NCBI GenBank assembly: GCA_947461635.1
Contig: CANHMH010000001.1
Coordinates: 1 to 57,111, forward strand
Direction of reading: 5' to 3'
From: Flavobacteriales bacterium
Lineage (GTDB): Bacteria > Bacteroidota > Bacteroidia > Flavobacteriales_D > Crocinitomicaceae
DNA: 57,111 nucleotides
Position 1 is the stretch's first letter, and the number at the start of each line of letters is the position of its first letter. A program made the position numbers and the translations under genes. Below, piece by piece: positions 1-9,080 of the stretch. The notes under the pieces are model-generated. The model saw only the letters and a program-made list of their open reading frames with translations. It did no database searches and had not been told where the DNA came from.

Positions 1-1
1 A

Positions 2-271
2 AGAAGAAAAAACGTTTGGACCGTAGCTAAAAATGCTATTGAAAAAGGTATGCTTTACGCATATTCAGGTCGTAAACAAAAGAAAAGAAATTTCCGTTCA
101 TTGTGGATTACACGTATCAATGCAGGTGCTCGCCTACATGGTATGAGTTATTCTCAATTTATGGGAGCAGTACACAAAAGTGGAATCGAATTAAATCGTA
201 AAGTACTTGCTGATTTAGCGATGAACCACCCAGATGCTTTTAAAGCGGTTGTTGATTCTGTAAAAAAATAA
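2..271 (+). CDS. rplT: 50S ribosomal protein L20, 5' end truncated by window edge
   Basis: The frame is open from nt 2 ([16 protein letters not shown]...) and continues into listed ORF 50..271. The conserved L20 core is present: [23 protein letters not shown]...LADLA. Confidence 0.9.
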   Translation, partial: RRKNVWTVAKNAIEKGMLYAYSGRKQKKRNFRSLWITRINAGARLHGMSYSQFMGAVHKSGIELNRKVLADLAMNHPDAFKAVVDSVKK

Positions 272-290
272 ATATAATTTATATCAGCTT

Positions 291-325
291 AAAGCCATTA
301 GTCTTTCGATTAATGGCTTTTTTTT
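291..325 (+). terminator. Rho-independent terminator after rplT
   Basis: A 10-bp stem aaagccatta/taatggcttt with a 10-nt loop, followed by a T-run. Confidence 0.7.
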
Positions 326-343
326 AATCCTTTCGTTTCAGTT

Positions 344-1288
344 ATGTTGAAAATAGGCGTTGTCGGAACTGGTCATCTTGGTAAAGTACATGTGCAAAAT
401 TTACTTGACTTACCAATGGACTTTGATCTTCGTGGGTTTTTCGATACCGATATTTCCATTGTTTCGAACGTAGAACGCGAATTTCATATAAAGCCGTTTA
501 AGGAATTAAGTGACTTAATTCATGATACTGATGCTGTTCTGATTGCAAGCCCTACGCATTCACATTTCGCCATTGCTGTTCAAGCACTAAAAAGTGGCAA
601 GCATCTTTTTATTGAGAAACCAGTTTGCTTTTCTGTGGAAGAATCAAAGAAACTATTGCGCTACGCACAAGAAGCAGGAGTGCTCGTGCAAGTGGGACAC
701 GTGGAGAGATTTAATCCAGCATTTATCGCTGCCAGTCCATTAATTAGCAATCCATTATTTATTGAAACGAGGCGAACAGCTCCGTTTCAGAAAAGAGGGA
801 CAGATGTTTCAGTTGTTTACGACTTAATGATCCACGATATCGATATAGCCTTGAAAGTCGCAAATTCAAACGTTAAAAAAATGGCGTCATTTGGAATGAG
901 TGTATTGAGTGATAATGTTGATTATGCAAGTGTTCATTTGGAGTTTGAAAATGGGTGTATGGCTAACTTAATGGCATCCAGAGTGTCTGGTCATCGTGAA
1001 AGAATGACCCATATTTTTATGAAGGAGGCGCAAGTTCACGTGGATTTCTTAAACAAAGAAGCGACAACAAGCCAAGTAAAAATAACTCATACCAACGTAG
1101 GCCATTTGGAGCATTTGAATGTACCTATTCAACAAGCGAATGCGATACAGACGGAACTTATTGCCTTTGCACACTCCATTAGAGAAGGGCTTAAACCTGC
1201 AGTGAGTTTGGAAGATGCTCATCGGGCATTACAAATAGCAGAATTAATTTCGGATCAAATTCAAGAGTCTAGTGATTTGATGAAATAA
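344..1288 (+). CDS. Gfo/Idh/MocA family NAD(P)-dependent oxidoreductase
   Basis: 314 aa. N-terminal Rossmann motif IGVVGTGHLG and the LFIEKPV (EKP) motif typical of the family. Confidence 0.75.
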   Translation: MLKIGVVGTGHLGKVHVQNLLDLPMDFDLRGFFDTDISIVSNVEREFHIKPFKELSDLIHDTDAVLIASPTHSHFAIAVQALKSGKHLFIEKPVCFSVEESKKLLRYAQEAGVLVQVGHVERFNPAFIAASPLISNPLFIETRRTAPFQKRGTDVSVVYDLMIHDIDIALKVANSNVKKMASFGMSVLSDNVDYASVHLEFENGCMANLMASRVSGHRERMTHIFMKEAQVHVDFLNKEATTSQVKITHTNVGHLEHLNVPIQQANAIQTELIAFAHSIREGLKPAVSLEDAHRALQIAELISDQIQESSDLMK

Positions 1289-1312
1289 AATCGAAATAAA
1301 TACGTTAACGAA

Positions 1313-2176
1313 ATGATGAGAGTTTTATTATACCTTCTTTTTATCAGCACACTGACAGCGTGTATTAAGAATAATCCGAATCCTTCGTGGATTGAAGTGA
1401 ATCCATTCGTTCTTGTGTCTAATCCGTCATTGTCAGGTTCCGAGGGGCAATTAACGCAAGATTTTAGAGATGTTTGGTTGTACATCGATGATCAAATGGT
1501 TGGATGCTTTCAAACTCCCTTTAAAATTCCTATTTTGAAAGAAGGGAATGTGAACATCAAAATATATCCAGCTGTCCGCAACAACGGAATTGCAACAGAT
1601 AAAAAGATTTATCCATTTATGAATGTGTATGAAATAAATTCACAATTAATAAAGGATCAAACCTTAACCGTTAATCCTGTAACGAGTTATGTGAATAATT
1701 TGAATTTTTGGATTGAAGACTTTGAAGATGCCTCGATTAAAATCCAAGATGATCCGAATACAAGTTTGGCTAGTTTGTTTACTTCAAGTGATAATTTGAC
1801 TCCTTTTAATGGGTTTAATTATGGGAAGGTTATTCTAAATACGACTGATTCTATTTGGGTTGCGAGTACGATCGATCAATTAGCAATCCCCAAGAACAAA
1901 CCATGTTTCTTAGAAGTTGATTATTACAACACGAATGAATTCGTTCAAGGTTTCTTGGCTATTGGTATAAATGGTAATGTTTATCAAGATAATGCGGGGT
2001 TTAATAAACAAGCATTAAATGCAGTTAAGTGGAAGAAAATGTACATCGAACTGACTGAATTAATTGGAAATTCCGCGAATGGTTCAAATTTTATCCAAAC
2101 ATTTAAAGCGAATTTAGACTCGTTACAAACAGAAACATTTATCTGTATCGACAACATAAAAATTGTATATAAGTAA
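1313..2176 (+). CDS. Hypothetical lipoprotein
   Basis: 287 aa with a lipoprotein-type signal (LLFISTLTAC). No catalytic motif recognised. The stop lies 1 nt before the sugar-transferase ATG. Confidence 0.5.
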   Translation: MMRVLLYLLFISTLTACIKNNPNPSWIEVNPFVLVSNPSLSGSEGQLTQDFRDVWLYIDDQMVGCFQTPFKIPILKEGNVNIKIYPAVRNNGIATDKKIYPFMNVYEINSQLIKDQTLTVNPVTSYVNNLNFWIEDFEDASIKIQDDPNTSLASLFTSSDNLTPFNGFNYGKVILNTTDSIWVASTIDQLAIPKNKPCFLEVDYYNTNEFVQGFLAIGINGNVYQDNAGFNKQALNAVKWKKMYIELTELIGNSANGSNFIQTFKANLDSLQTETFICIDNIKIVYK

Positions 2177-2177
2177 C

Positions 2178-3569
2178 ATGAAAGATCGTTTTTGGGCTTC
2201 TTTTTTGGTAATTGTCGATTATATTTTCGCTGCTGCAGCGTGGGGTGTTTTTTTCTATTTACGTAAAACTCAAATTGAAGGTCAAGATTTTATTGCAGAC
2301 ACGAAATTTTATTTAGGACTAACATTAGTGCCTGTTTTCTGGGTGTTCTTTTATTTTATTCAAGGAACATATCAGGACATTCGTAGAATATTTCGATTGC
2401 AAATGGTGAATTTGACCTTGGTTTCATCCTTCTTTGGGACCATTATTTTATTCTTTACCTTGTTGATTGATGACGATGTCAAGTCCTATCAGAATTTCTA
2501 TAAATCAATTTTCTTCTTGTTTGGATTGCATTTTTTTATTGCCTTAATTCCTAGGTTGATTTTTAACACGTTACTCATTCGCTTCATTCGAAGTAATGGA
2601 CACGGATTCAAAACAATCATTATTGGAGGAAATGAAAAGGCTGTTGATATTTACAACGAGTTAATTCAACAAGAACAAAATACCAACTCATTTATTGGGT
2701 ATGTGAATGTCAACGGAAAGGATACTTTACTGAATGGTTTGATTCCATATCTTGGTCACGCCAACAACTTAGAAGAGGTCATGAGTCAACATGAAGTCGA
2801 GGAGGTAATTCTTGCTGTTGAAAGTTCTGACCACAATCGTTTAAAGGACATCATTTCTAGAGTTGACAATGGTCGGATACGAATAAAGTTACTTCCAGAT
2901 ATGTATGCAATTTTATCAGGTTCGGTAGAAATGACCAATATCTATGGAGCACTATTAATTGAAATTATTCCAGATGCCATGCCATTTTGGCAACAAGCGA
3001 TTAAACGATTAATGGATGTCATGCTTTCTCTTATCGCGGTAATTTGTTTGATTCCATTCTATATTTTTTCTGCGTTGGCGGTTAAGTTTTCTTCCCCAGG
3101 TCCAATTTTTTTCCTGCAAGAAAGGGTGGGGGTGAATGGAAAAGTGTTTCGGATCATTAAATTCCGGACAATGTATATAAATTCAGAAAAACAAGGACCA
3201 CAACTTTCTTCTGAGGGAGACCCACGAATTACGCCAATTGGTCGTTTTATGCGAAAAACAAGGTTGGATGAATTCCCACAGTTTGTGAATGTCCTACTTG
3301 GTCAAATGTCTCTTGTTGGTCCACGTCCGGAGAGACAGTTCTACATTGATCAAATCGTAAAGGTAGAACCTCAATACACCCACTTAACGAAAGTAAGACC
3401 CGGCATCACATCTTGGGGACAAGTGAAATATGGATATGCAGAGAATGTTGATCAAATGTTGCAGCGCATGAAATTCGACTTGATTTACCTTAAGAATCGA
3501 AGCTTGGCGTTGGACATTAAAATCATGTTTTATACTGTAATTATTGTCATTAAAGCAAAAGGGAAGTAG
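2178..3569 (+). CDS. Polyprenyl-phosphate sugar-1-phosphate transferase (WbaP/WcaJ-like bacterial sugar transferase)
   Basis: Multi-TM N-terminus plus the C-terminal core PGPIFFLQERVG...FRIIKFRTM...DEFPQFVNVLLGQMSLVGPRPE. ATG 2178 is preferred over TTG 2163. Confidence 0.85.
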   Translation: MKDRFWASFLVIVDYIFAAAAWGVFFYLRKTQIEGQDFIADTKFYLGLTLVPVFWVFFYFIQGTYQDIRRIFRLQMVNLTLVSSFFGTIILFFTLLIDDDVKSYQNFYKSIFFLFGLHFFIALIPRLIFNTLLIRFIRSNGHGFKTIIIGGNEKAVDIYNELIQQEQNTNSFIGYVNVNGKDTLLNGLIPYLGHANNLEEVMSQHEVEEVILAVESSDHNRLKDIISRVDNGRIRIKLLPDMYAILSGSVEMTNIYGALLIEIIPDAMPFWQQAIKRLMDVMLSLIAVICLIPFYIFSALAVKFSSPGPIFFLQERVGVNGKVFRIIKFRTMYINSEKQGPQLSSEGDPRITPIGRFMRKTRLDEFPQFVNVLLGQMSLVGPRPERQFYIDQIVKVEPQYTHLTKVRPGITSWGQVKYGYAENVDQMLQRMKFDLIYLKNRSLALDIKIMFYTVIIVIKAKGK

Positions 3570-3608
3570 AATCTTTGAAAGGAAGAGTAGGAATTCAAAA
3601 AACCTTTG

Positions 3609-3616
3609 TATCTTTG
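3609..3616 (+). promoter_or_regulatory. Bacteroidota-type -7 box TAnnTTTG (TATCTTTG) upstream of rpsP
   Basis: Exact match in the context TTTGTATCTTTGCACC, 54 nt upstream of the rpsP ATG. Confidence 0.5.
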
Positions 3617-3670
3617 CACCTTCAAATTCATTTATAAACGTAGGTTTCGTACCTCAAATTGTAAAACATT

Positions 3671-4393
3671 ATGGCAACAAGAATCAGATTACAAAGACAC
3701 GGTAAAAAAGGTAAACCATTTTTTCATTTGGTAGCCGCAGATAGTCGTGCAAAAAGAGATGGTAAATTCATCGAAAAATTAGGAACGTATAATCCAACTG
3801 CAAATCCAGCTGTGATTGAAATCAATTTCGAGGCAACTTTGAATTGGGTTCAAACAGGAGCGGAAATGTCTGATACGGCTCGTGCGATTTTATCTTACAA
3901 AGGAGTTTTGTACAAAAACCACCTTTTAAACGGAGTTAAAAAAGGAGCATTAACTGCTGAGCAAGTAGAAGAGAAATTTGCAAAATGGTTAGCTGACAAA
4001 GATTCAAAAGTTCAGAACAAAGTTGAAGGATTAGTGAAAAATGCAGCGAAAGAAAAAATAGCTCGTCAACAAGCTGAAGAAGCAACTAACGCAGCGAAAG
4101 CAGCTTTACTTGCAGCTAAAAACGCTCCAGTTATTGAAGAAGTAGCAGAAGAAGTTGCAGTTGAAGAAGCTCCAGAAGCAGAAGAAGTTGCAGCTGAAGA
4201 AGCTCCAGTGGCAGAAGAAGTTGCAGTTGAAGAAGCTCCAATAGCAGAAGAAGTTGCAGTTGAAGAAGCTCCAGTAGCGGAAGAAGTTGCAGTTGAAGAA
4301 GCTCCAGCAGCAGAAGAAGTTGCAGCAGCAGAAGAAGCTCCAGCAGCGGAAGAAGCAGCTCCAGAAGCATCAGAAGAAACTGCGGCTGAGTAA
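3671..4393 (+). CDS. rpsP: 30S ribosomal protein S16 with long C-terminal Lys-rich then Ala/Glu/Val-rich repeat tail
   Basis: The N-terminal ~85 aa (MATRIRLQRHGKKGKPFFHLVAADSRAKRDGKFIEKLGTYNP...) form the canonical S16 core. The total is 240 aa because of the tail. Confidence 0.9.
   Translation: MATRIRLQRHGKKGKPFFHLVAADSRAKRDGKFIEKLGTYNPTANPAVIEINFEATLNWVQTGAEMSDTARAILSYKGVLYKNHLLNGVKKGALTAEQVEEKFAKWLADKDSKVQNKVEGLVKNAAKEKIARQQAEEATNAAKAALLAAKNAPVIEEVAEEVAVEEAPEAEEVAAEEAPVAEEVAVEEAPIAEEVAVEEAPVAEEVAVEEAPAAEEVAAAEEAPAAEEAAPEASEETAAE
4145..4345 (+). repeat. In-frame 33-nt tandem repeat, about 6 copies, inside the rpsP 3' region
   Basis: Unit gcagaagaagttgcagttgaagaagctccaNNN (AEEVAVEEAPx). 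Unit starts are at 4145, 4178, 4211, 4244, 4277 and 4310. The last unit is 36 nt. Confidence 0.95.
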
Positions 4394-4398
4394 GCTAT

Positions 4399-4926
4399 AT
4401 GCAAAAAAAAGATTGTTTTTATTTAGGAATAATAGCGAAACTTCACGGATTTAAAGGTGAAGTTTCGTTGTTTTTAGACGTTTCTAATCCAGCGGAATAC
4501 GCTACATTAGATGCGGTGTTTGTTGAAATCGATGGGGGACTTGTACCTTTTTTCGTTCAAAACATTAAAATTAAAACCAAGGGTTTCGTTGCGGTGAAAT
4601 TCCAAGGTGTCGATAGTGAACAAGATGCTCAACGCATTTTAAAAAAACCAGTTTACCTTCCTGAAGCATTTCTAAAAGAACTTGATCAGACCTCTTTTTA
4701 TGACCATGAGATTATTGGATACACTGTAATCGATGAAGTTCATGGTGATGTGGGAATTGTTGAGAATGTCATTGATATGGCTGCAAATCCGCTATTACAA
4801 TTAAATAAAAATGGAGTAGAAGTTCTTTTGCCTATTTTTAACGGACTAGTACAAAAAGTACAGCGCAAAAAAAAGGAGCTATACGTGAAAGCTCCTGAAG
4901 GATTAATCGATTTATATTTAGGTTAA
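4399..4926 (+). CDS. rimM: 16S rRNA processing protein RimM
   Basis: 175 aa. RimM-like N-terminus (GIIAKLHGFKGEVSLF) and a PRC-barrel-like C-terminus. It sits directly after rpsP, as in the conserved operon. Confidence 0.8.
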   Translation: MQKKDCFYLGIIAKLHGFKGEVSLFLDVSNPAEYATLDAVFVEIDGGLVPFFVQNIKIKTKGFVAVKFQGVDSEQDAQRILKKPVYLPEAFLKELDQTSFYDHEIIGYTVIDEVHGDVGIVENVIDMAANPLLQLNKNGVEVLLPIFNGLVQKVQRKKKELYVKAPEGLIDLYLG

Positions 4927-6068
4927 TTCGCTTTTAATAATCCAAGCGCCAATTTCATGCGAAGAATTTTTTTCGCTGATTCATCCACCTTACTTTTGAA
5001 GGCTTTATCTGTTCTATAAGCAGCTAAAAGTTCTTGATGAGCAAGCTTTGCATCCAAAGGCATGAGTAGTATGTCACATCCCGCATTGATCGCTTTAAAC
5101 GCAGCAAGTGGAACATTGACAACACCTCCCATATTCATTGCGTCAGTTACGATGAGTCCTTTAAAACCTAAACTGTCTTTCAATAAATTCGTCACAATTT
5201 TCTCTGAACATGTTGACGGTAAACCATCCGTATTGTATATAGCGTTGTTTTCTACAGCAATGTGAGCAACCATAATTGAAAGAACTCCGTTGGCGATTAA
5301 AGTTGGGTAATTACCGATTTCTTTCATCTCTCCATTAATCACTTGTAAAGCTTTATGTGTGTCTCCGCTTACAAGTCCGTGTCCAGGGAAATGTTTGGCT
5401 GTGGCAATAATGTTATTGCGCTGCGTTTCTTGAATGAATGCATTTGACCAAGGAATGATGTTTGCTGGAACAGCACCGAAACTGCGGAATCCTACTGTTG
5501 CATTTGGTGACATATCAACAACTGGAGAAAAATTATAATTAATACCAATGGAGTTTAAATCTTTTGAAATGGTTTTTGCACAGTTAATTACCTCGGTTTT
5601 ATTCAATAATTCATTCGCTTTTTTAACAGGATTTGAGCCAATAATTTTTCGATTTACTAAACTTGGTTCAGCATCAGCACTGTAAAGAAAAGGTAAATTA
5701 CCTTTTTTCTCATTCATTGACTCAAAGTTCTTGATCCAACTTTTAAATTCTTCTTTTGTTCCATTCAACATTAATACACCTCCTATCAGGCGTTCATTGA
5801 TATGTTGATCAATTGTTTCTTTTGTTTGACCAAGTCTACCAACAGCTGGCATGATTAATTGTGCAACGATTGCGGTATCATCAAGCTCTTTAAAAATCCG
5901 CTCTACCTCTTTGTCTAATGTTGAATTGTTACTCAAGAAATTACTGATTTCAAAATCAAAGGTAGTTGAAGGTTGAACTATTTTTGTTTGATTTGTTGAT
6001 TCGCTTGATTGAGCACATCCTTGAAAAAGAAGTCCTGCTAAAAATAAAGGTGTGATGATTTTTTTCAT
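4923..6068 (-). CDS. Glycoside hydrolase family 3 (NagZ-like beta-N-acetylhexosaminidase) lipoprotein
   Basis: KHFPGHG and IVTDAMNMGG motifs. Lipoprotein signal MKKIITPLFLAGLLFQGC. ATG 6068 is preferred over TTG 6089. Confidence 0.75.
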   Translation of the reverse strand: MKKIITPLFLAGLLFQGCAQSSESTNQTKIVQPSTTFDFEISNFLSNNSTLDKEVERIFKELDDTAIVAQLIMPAVGRLGQTKETIDQHINERLIGGVLMLNGTKEEFKSWIKNFESMNEKKGNLPFLYSADAEPSLVNRKIIGSNPVKKANELLNKTEVINCAKTISKDLNSIGINYNFSPVVDMSPNATVGFRSFGAVPANIIPWSNAFIQETQRNNIIATAKHFPGHGLVSGDTHKALQVINGEMKEIGNYPTLIANGVLSIMVAHIAVENNAIYNTDGLPSTCSEKIVTNLLKDSLGFKGLIVTDAMNMGGVVNVPLAAFKAINAGCDILLMPLDAKLAHQELLAAYRTDKAFKSKVDESAKKILRMKLALGLLKAN

Positions 6069-6086
6069 ATGGTTCATTGTCTGATT

Positions 6087-6094
6087 CAAATTTA
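6087..6094 (-). promoter_or_regulatory. -7 box TAAATTTG (minus strand) upstream of the GH3 gene
   Basis: Plus strand reads CAAATTTA, 18 nt upstream of ATG 6068. Confidence 0.45.
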
Positions 6095-6285
6095 AACATA
6101 TACGTGTTATCGATTTTGTCTTTTAGTTTAAGAAATAACCATTTACTTGTCAATAACTATGCCTTACTTTTTGATAGAGCCTTAGTCACTGGGGAAATAT
6201 TCTTAACTTTAAATTAATATTGATGCGTTTTTCCGCAATTAAAGCGTGTTAAAGACATCAAAGAAAGAAATTAAAATGTCTTCCA

Positions 6286-8547
6286 ATGAAAAAAATAGGT
6301 TTAATCGTTTCCTTTTTACTAAGTATAAATGGATTTTCCCAAGTTCAAAATTTTTATGATCGAGCGACGATCCAAACAATAGAAGTGTTTTTTAGTTTTT
6401 CTAATTGGGATGCGCAACTGGATGCAGCCGTAGCTTCTGAAGCTTATATCATTGCTGATTCTGTTCGCGTAAATGGTGTTTCCTTCGATAGTTGTGGGGT
6501 TAAATATAAAGGGAATAGTTCATATAGTCCAACGAATCAGAAAAATCCCTTACACATCGAATTAGATTATATTAAAGGGAATCAGGATTACCAAGGATAT
6601 ACAGATATTAAGCTGCAAAATGGTTACAAGGATCCGTCCATGATTCGGGAGGTGCTTTCTTATGCAATTCTCGAGCAATACATGGATTGTCCCAAAGGTA
6701 ACTTTGCCAATGTTTATGTAAATGGCGTTTATAGAGGATTGTATTCAAGTGCTGAAAGCATCAATAAAACATTCAATGCCAATCATTATTTCCAAAGCGG
6801 AGATACTTATTTTAAATGTAATCCAATTGGTGGTGCTGGACCCGGCAGTACGGTTAGTCCAGATTTAAAATACATCAGTATGGATAGTAGTGCTTACGCC
6901 AATGGATATGAATTGCGTTCTACTTATGGTTGGAATCGATTGGTTGACTTAATCAATACCTTGAATAATGATTTTACGAATATTGAGTCAAAATTGGACA
7001 TTGATCGTGCGATTTGGATGTTAGCCTTCAATAATGTCCTTGTTAATTTGGATTCCTATAGTGGAGCTTTCAGGCAAAACTATTATTTAACGTGGGATAT
7101 TAACCAACGATTCGTTCCGACGGTTTGGGATTTAAACATGAGTTTTGGTGGTTTTCCTGGTGGAACAGGTTCGGGAACAACAACGCCAACTACATTGGAT
7201 CCTATGTCGAATAGCACTTCTACGATTCATCCCCTGATTGTAAAAATTATGGCTAATCCAATGTATAAAAGAATGTACATGGCGCATGTGCGAACGATGG
7301 TTCAAGAAATGTTTGCGAATGATTACTACTTAACCGTTGCCAATCAATTACGCACTACGATAGATGCAACTGTGAATTCTGACCCTTATAAATTTTATAC
7401 CTATACACAGTTTCAAAACAGCTTAACGACGGCAGTAACAGGAACCGGTGGACCTGGCGGAGGTTCAAGTATCCCTGGGCTTCAAGCGCTCATGAGCGCA
7501 CGTGTTTCTTATTTTAATACCAATGCAAATTATGTCTTGGTGGCACCAACCATTTCAAGTTTCTCATCCTCTGTTGCAAGTCCTGTTTATAATCAAACGA
7601 TTACCATCAATGCCACTTGTTCGAATGAAACTTCTGTCTTTTTAGGATATCGAACAAATCATCAATTGAAATTCAACCGTGTCGCGATGTTGGATGATGG
7701 CTTGCACAATGATGGAGTAGCGGGAGATCATGTTTACGGTGTTGATGCCTTAGTGAATGGTGTGGTATTTGAATATTACATTTATACTGAAAATTCAAAT
7801 GCAGGATTGTTTAGTCCACAACGTGCCGAGCACGAATACCATTCATTAACTGTAGCTGTTCCTTTTCCATCAGTAGGATCTGTTTTGGTGAATGAAGTGG
7901 TAGCTTCTAATGGCACATCTGCTTTAGACCAAAATGGTGAAAACGACGACTGGATTGAGTTGTATAATACTACTTCGAATCCAATCGATTTATCTGGCAT
8001 GTATTTGACAGACGATGCATTGGATTTAATGAAATGGTCTTTTCCTGTGCCAACAACCATCCCGGCAAATGGGTATTTAATTGTGTGGGCGGATAACGAT
8101 GTCTTTCAATCAGGATTGCATGCATCATTTAAATTAAATGCTTCTGGAGAGTTAGTGATTTTAAGCAACGGAGCAACCTTTTACGATCAAGTTGGATTTG
8201 GAGTTCAAACAACCGATGTTGCATACGCGCGCTGTCCAGATGGGGGAGCTACTTTTGCCTACGTTCCTCCAACATACCTAGCGACGAATAATTGTTTCGC
8301 ATCCATCGAACAATTGAATTTTGAAGTAAAGGTTTTCCCTAATCCATTTAATGATCAATTGATCGTTAAATTGGATGAACAATTGCCAACCCGTGTAAAG
8401 ATTGTCGATGTGAACGGAAAAGAAATGTTGAACGATGAATTTTCAACAGCCGAAAATAGTATCTCAACAGTTAATTGGTCAAATGGAATGTATATTGTTA
8501 CCATTGAAAACGAACGCGGAATGAAAACGCTGAAATTAATCAAGTAA
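6286..8547 (+). CDS. CotH-family protein with lamin-tail domain and T9SS type A C-terminal sorting domain
   Basis: Signal peptide, then a CotH-like N-terminal two thirds (KYKGNSS...DPSMIREVLSY...VYVNGVYRGLY). LTD-like block VLVNEVVASN...NDDWIELYN...ANGYLIVWAD (about nt 7882-8205). The C-terminus VFPNPFNDQLIV...GMYIVTIE...KLIK is a type A CTD. Confidence 0.7.
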   Translation: MKKIGLIVSFLLSINGFSQVQNFYDRATIQTIEVFFSFSNWDAQLDAAVASEAYIIADSVRVNGVSFDSCGVKYKGNSSYSPTNQKNPLHIELDYIKGNQDYQGYTDIKLQNGYKDPSMIREVLSYAILEQYMDCPKGNFANVYVNGVYRGLYSSAESINKTFNANHYFQSGDTYFKCNPIGGAGPGSTVSPDLKYISMDSSAYANGYELRSTYGWNRLVDLINTLNNDFTNIESKLDIDRAIWMLAFNNVLVNLDSYSGAFRQNYYLTWDINQRFVPTVWDLNMSFGGFPGGTGSGTTTPTTLDPMSNSTSTIHPLIVKIMANPMYKRMYMAHVRTMVQEMFANDYYLTVANQLRTTIDATVNSDPYKFYTYTQFQNSLTTAVTGTGGPGGGSSIPGLQALMSARVSYFNTNANYVLVAPTISSFSSSVASPVYNQTITINATCSNETSVFLGYRTNHQLKFNRVAMLDDGLHNDGVAGDHVYGVDALVNGVVFEYYIYTENSNAGLFSPQRAEHEYHSLTVAVPFPSVGSVLVNEVVASNGTSALDQNGENDDWIELYNTTSNPIDLSGMYLTDDALDLMKWSFPVPTTIPANGYLIVWADNDVFQSGLHASFKLNASGELVILSNGATFYDQVGFGVQTTDVAYARCPDGGATFAYVPPTYLATNNCFASIEQLNFEVKVFPNPFNDQLIVKLDEQLPTRVKIVDVNGKEMLNDEFSTAENSISTVNWSNGMYIVTIENERGMKTLKLIK

Positions 8548-8562
8548 CTAAAGAACAAAAAT

Positions 8563-8590
8563 AAAGCCCTGACGTTGCTGTCAGGGCTTT
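8563..8590. terminator. Bidirectional intrinsic terminator between convergent genes
   Basis: An 11-bp stem aaagccctgac/gtcagggcttt with a 6-nt loop. A/T runs flank it on both sides. Confidence 0.8.
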
Positions 8591-8612
8591 ATTTTTGATA
8601 GAGTAATATTGA

Positions 8613-8948
8613 TTAGTCGTTTCGCTGTTCTGAAACTGATTTTTCTAATTTCGCGAATTGCTCAGCTGTTAGAATATTTTTTAACATTGCCTTTCTCGCT
8701 TCTTCATTTGATTTGATGATTGCTTTCTTTTGATCTTCAGGATAGTTTGACATCAAAATACCTTGATTTTTTTGTGCAATTCCCAAATGAATCGAATAGA
8801 CTTCTTCTTGTTGAGCCGGAGTCAATTTTAACATGGTTGTCTGACTCTGCGTTAACGCTTGAGCGTTTTGTTCAGGTGTTTGAGCTTGTTGCGCAACAGC
8901 TGTTAATCCTAAGAAAAATGAAAAACATAAAATTTTAATTGCCTTCAT
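8613..8948 (-). CDS. Small secreted LTXXQ-motif protein (Spy/CpxP-like periplasmic protein)
   Basis: 111 aa with a signal peptide and two LTxxQ motifs (LTPAQ, LTAEQ) in a helical, Gln/Lys/Glu-rich sequence. Confidence 0.45.
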   Translation of the reverse strand: MKAIKILCFSFFLGLTAVAQQAQTPEQNAQALTQSQTTMLKLTPAQQEEVYSIHLGIAQKNQGILMSNYPEDQKKAIIKSNEEARKAMLKNILTAEQFAKLEKSVSEQRND

Positions 8949-9080
8949 GGGTATTGTTTTATTGTAATTAATTCAAATTTTCGAAACGAAGTTAAGGAAA
9001 AAAGAGGAAGTTAAATATTCTTTATTCCTTGAAGAGTCTAAAACTGAATTTATTCCGTTAATTTCGTTTAAAATTCAAGT

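Noticed and set aside
4145-4345. Regular 33-nt repeats that could be mistaken for a CRISPR-like array
   Set aside because: The units are directly adjacent with no spacers. They are in frame within rpsP and no cas genes are present.
4066-4404. Two long antisense ORFs (112 aa and 79 aa, poly-Ser/Ala and poly-Leu) opposite the rpsP tail
   Set aside because: They are a by-product of the 33-nt GAA/GCA-rich tandem repeat, which stays open in several frames. The sense frame continues a bona fide S16 core.
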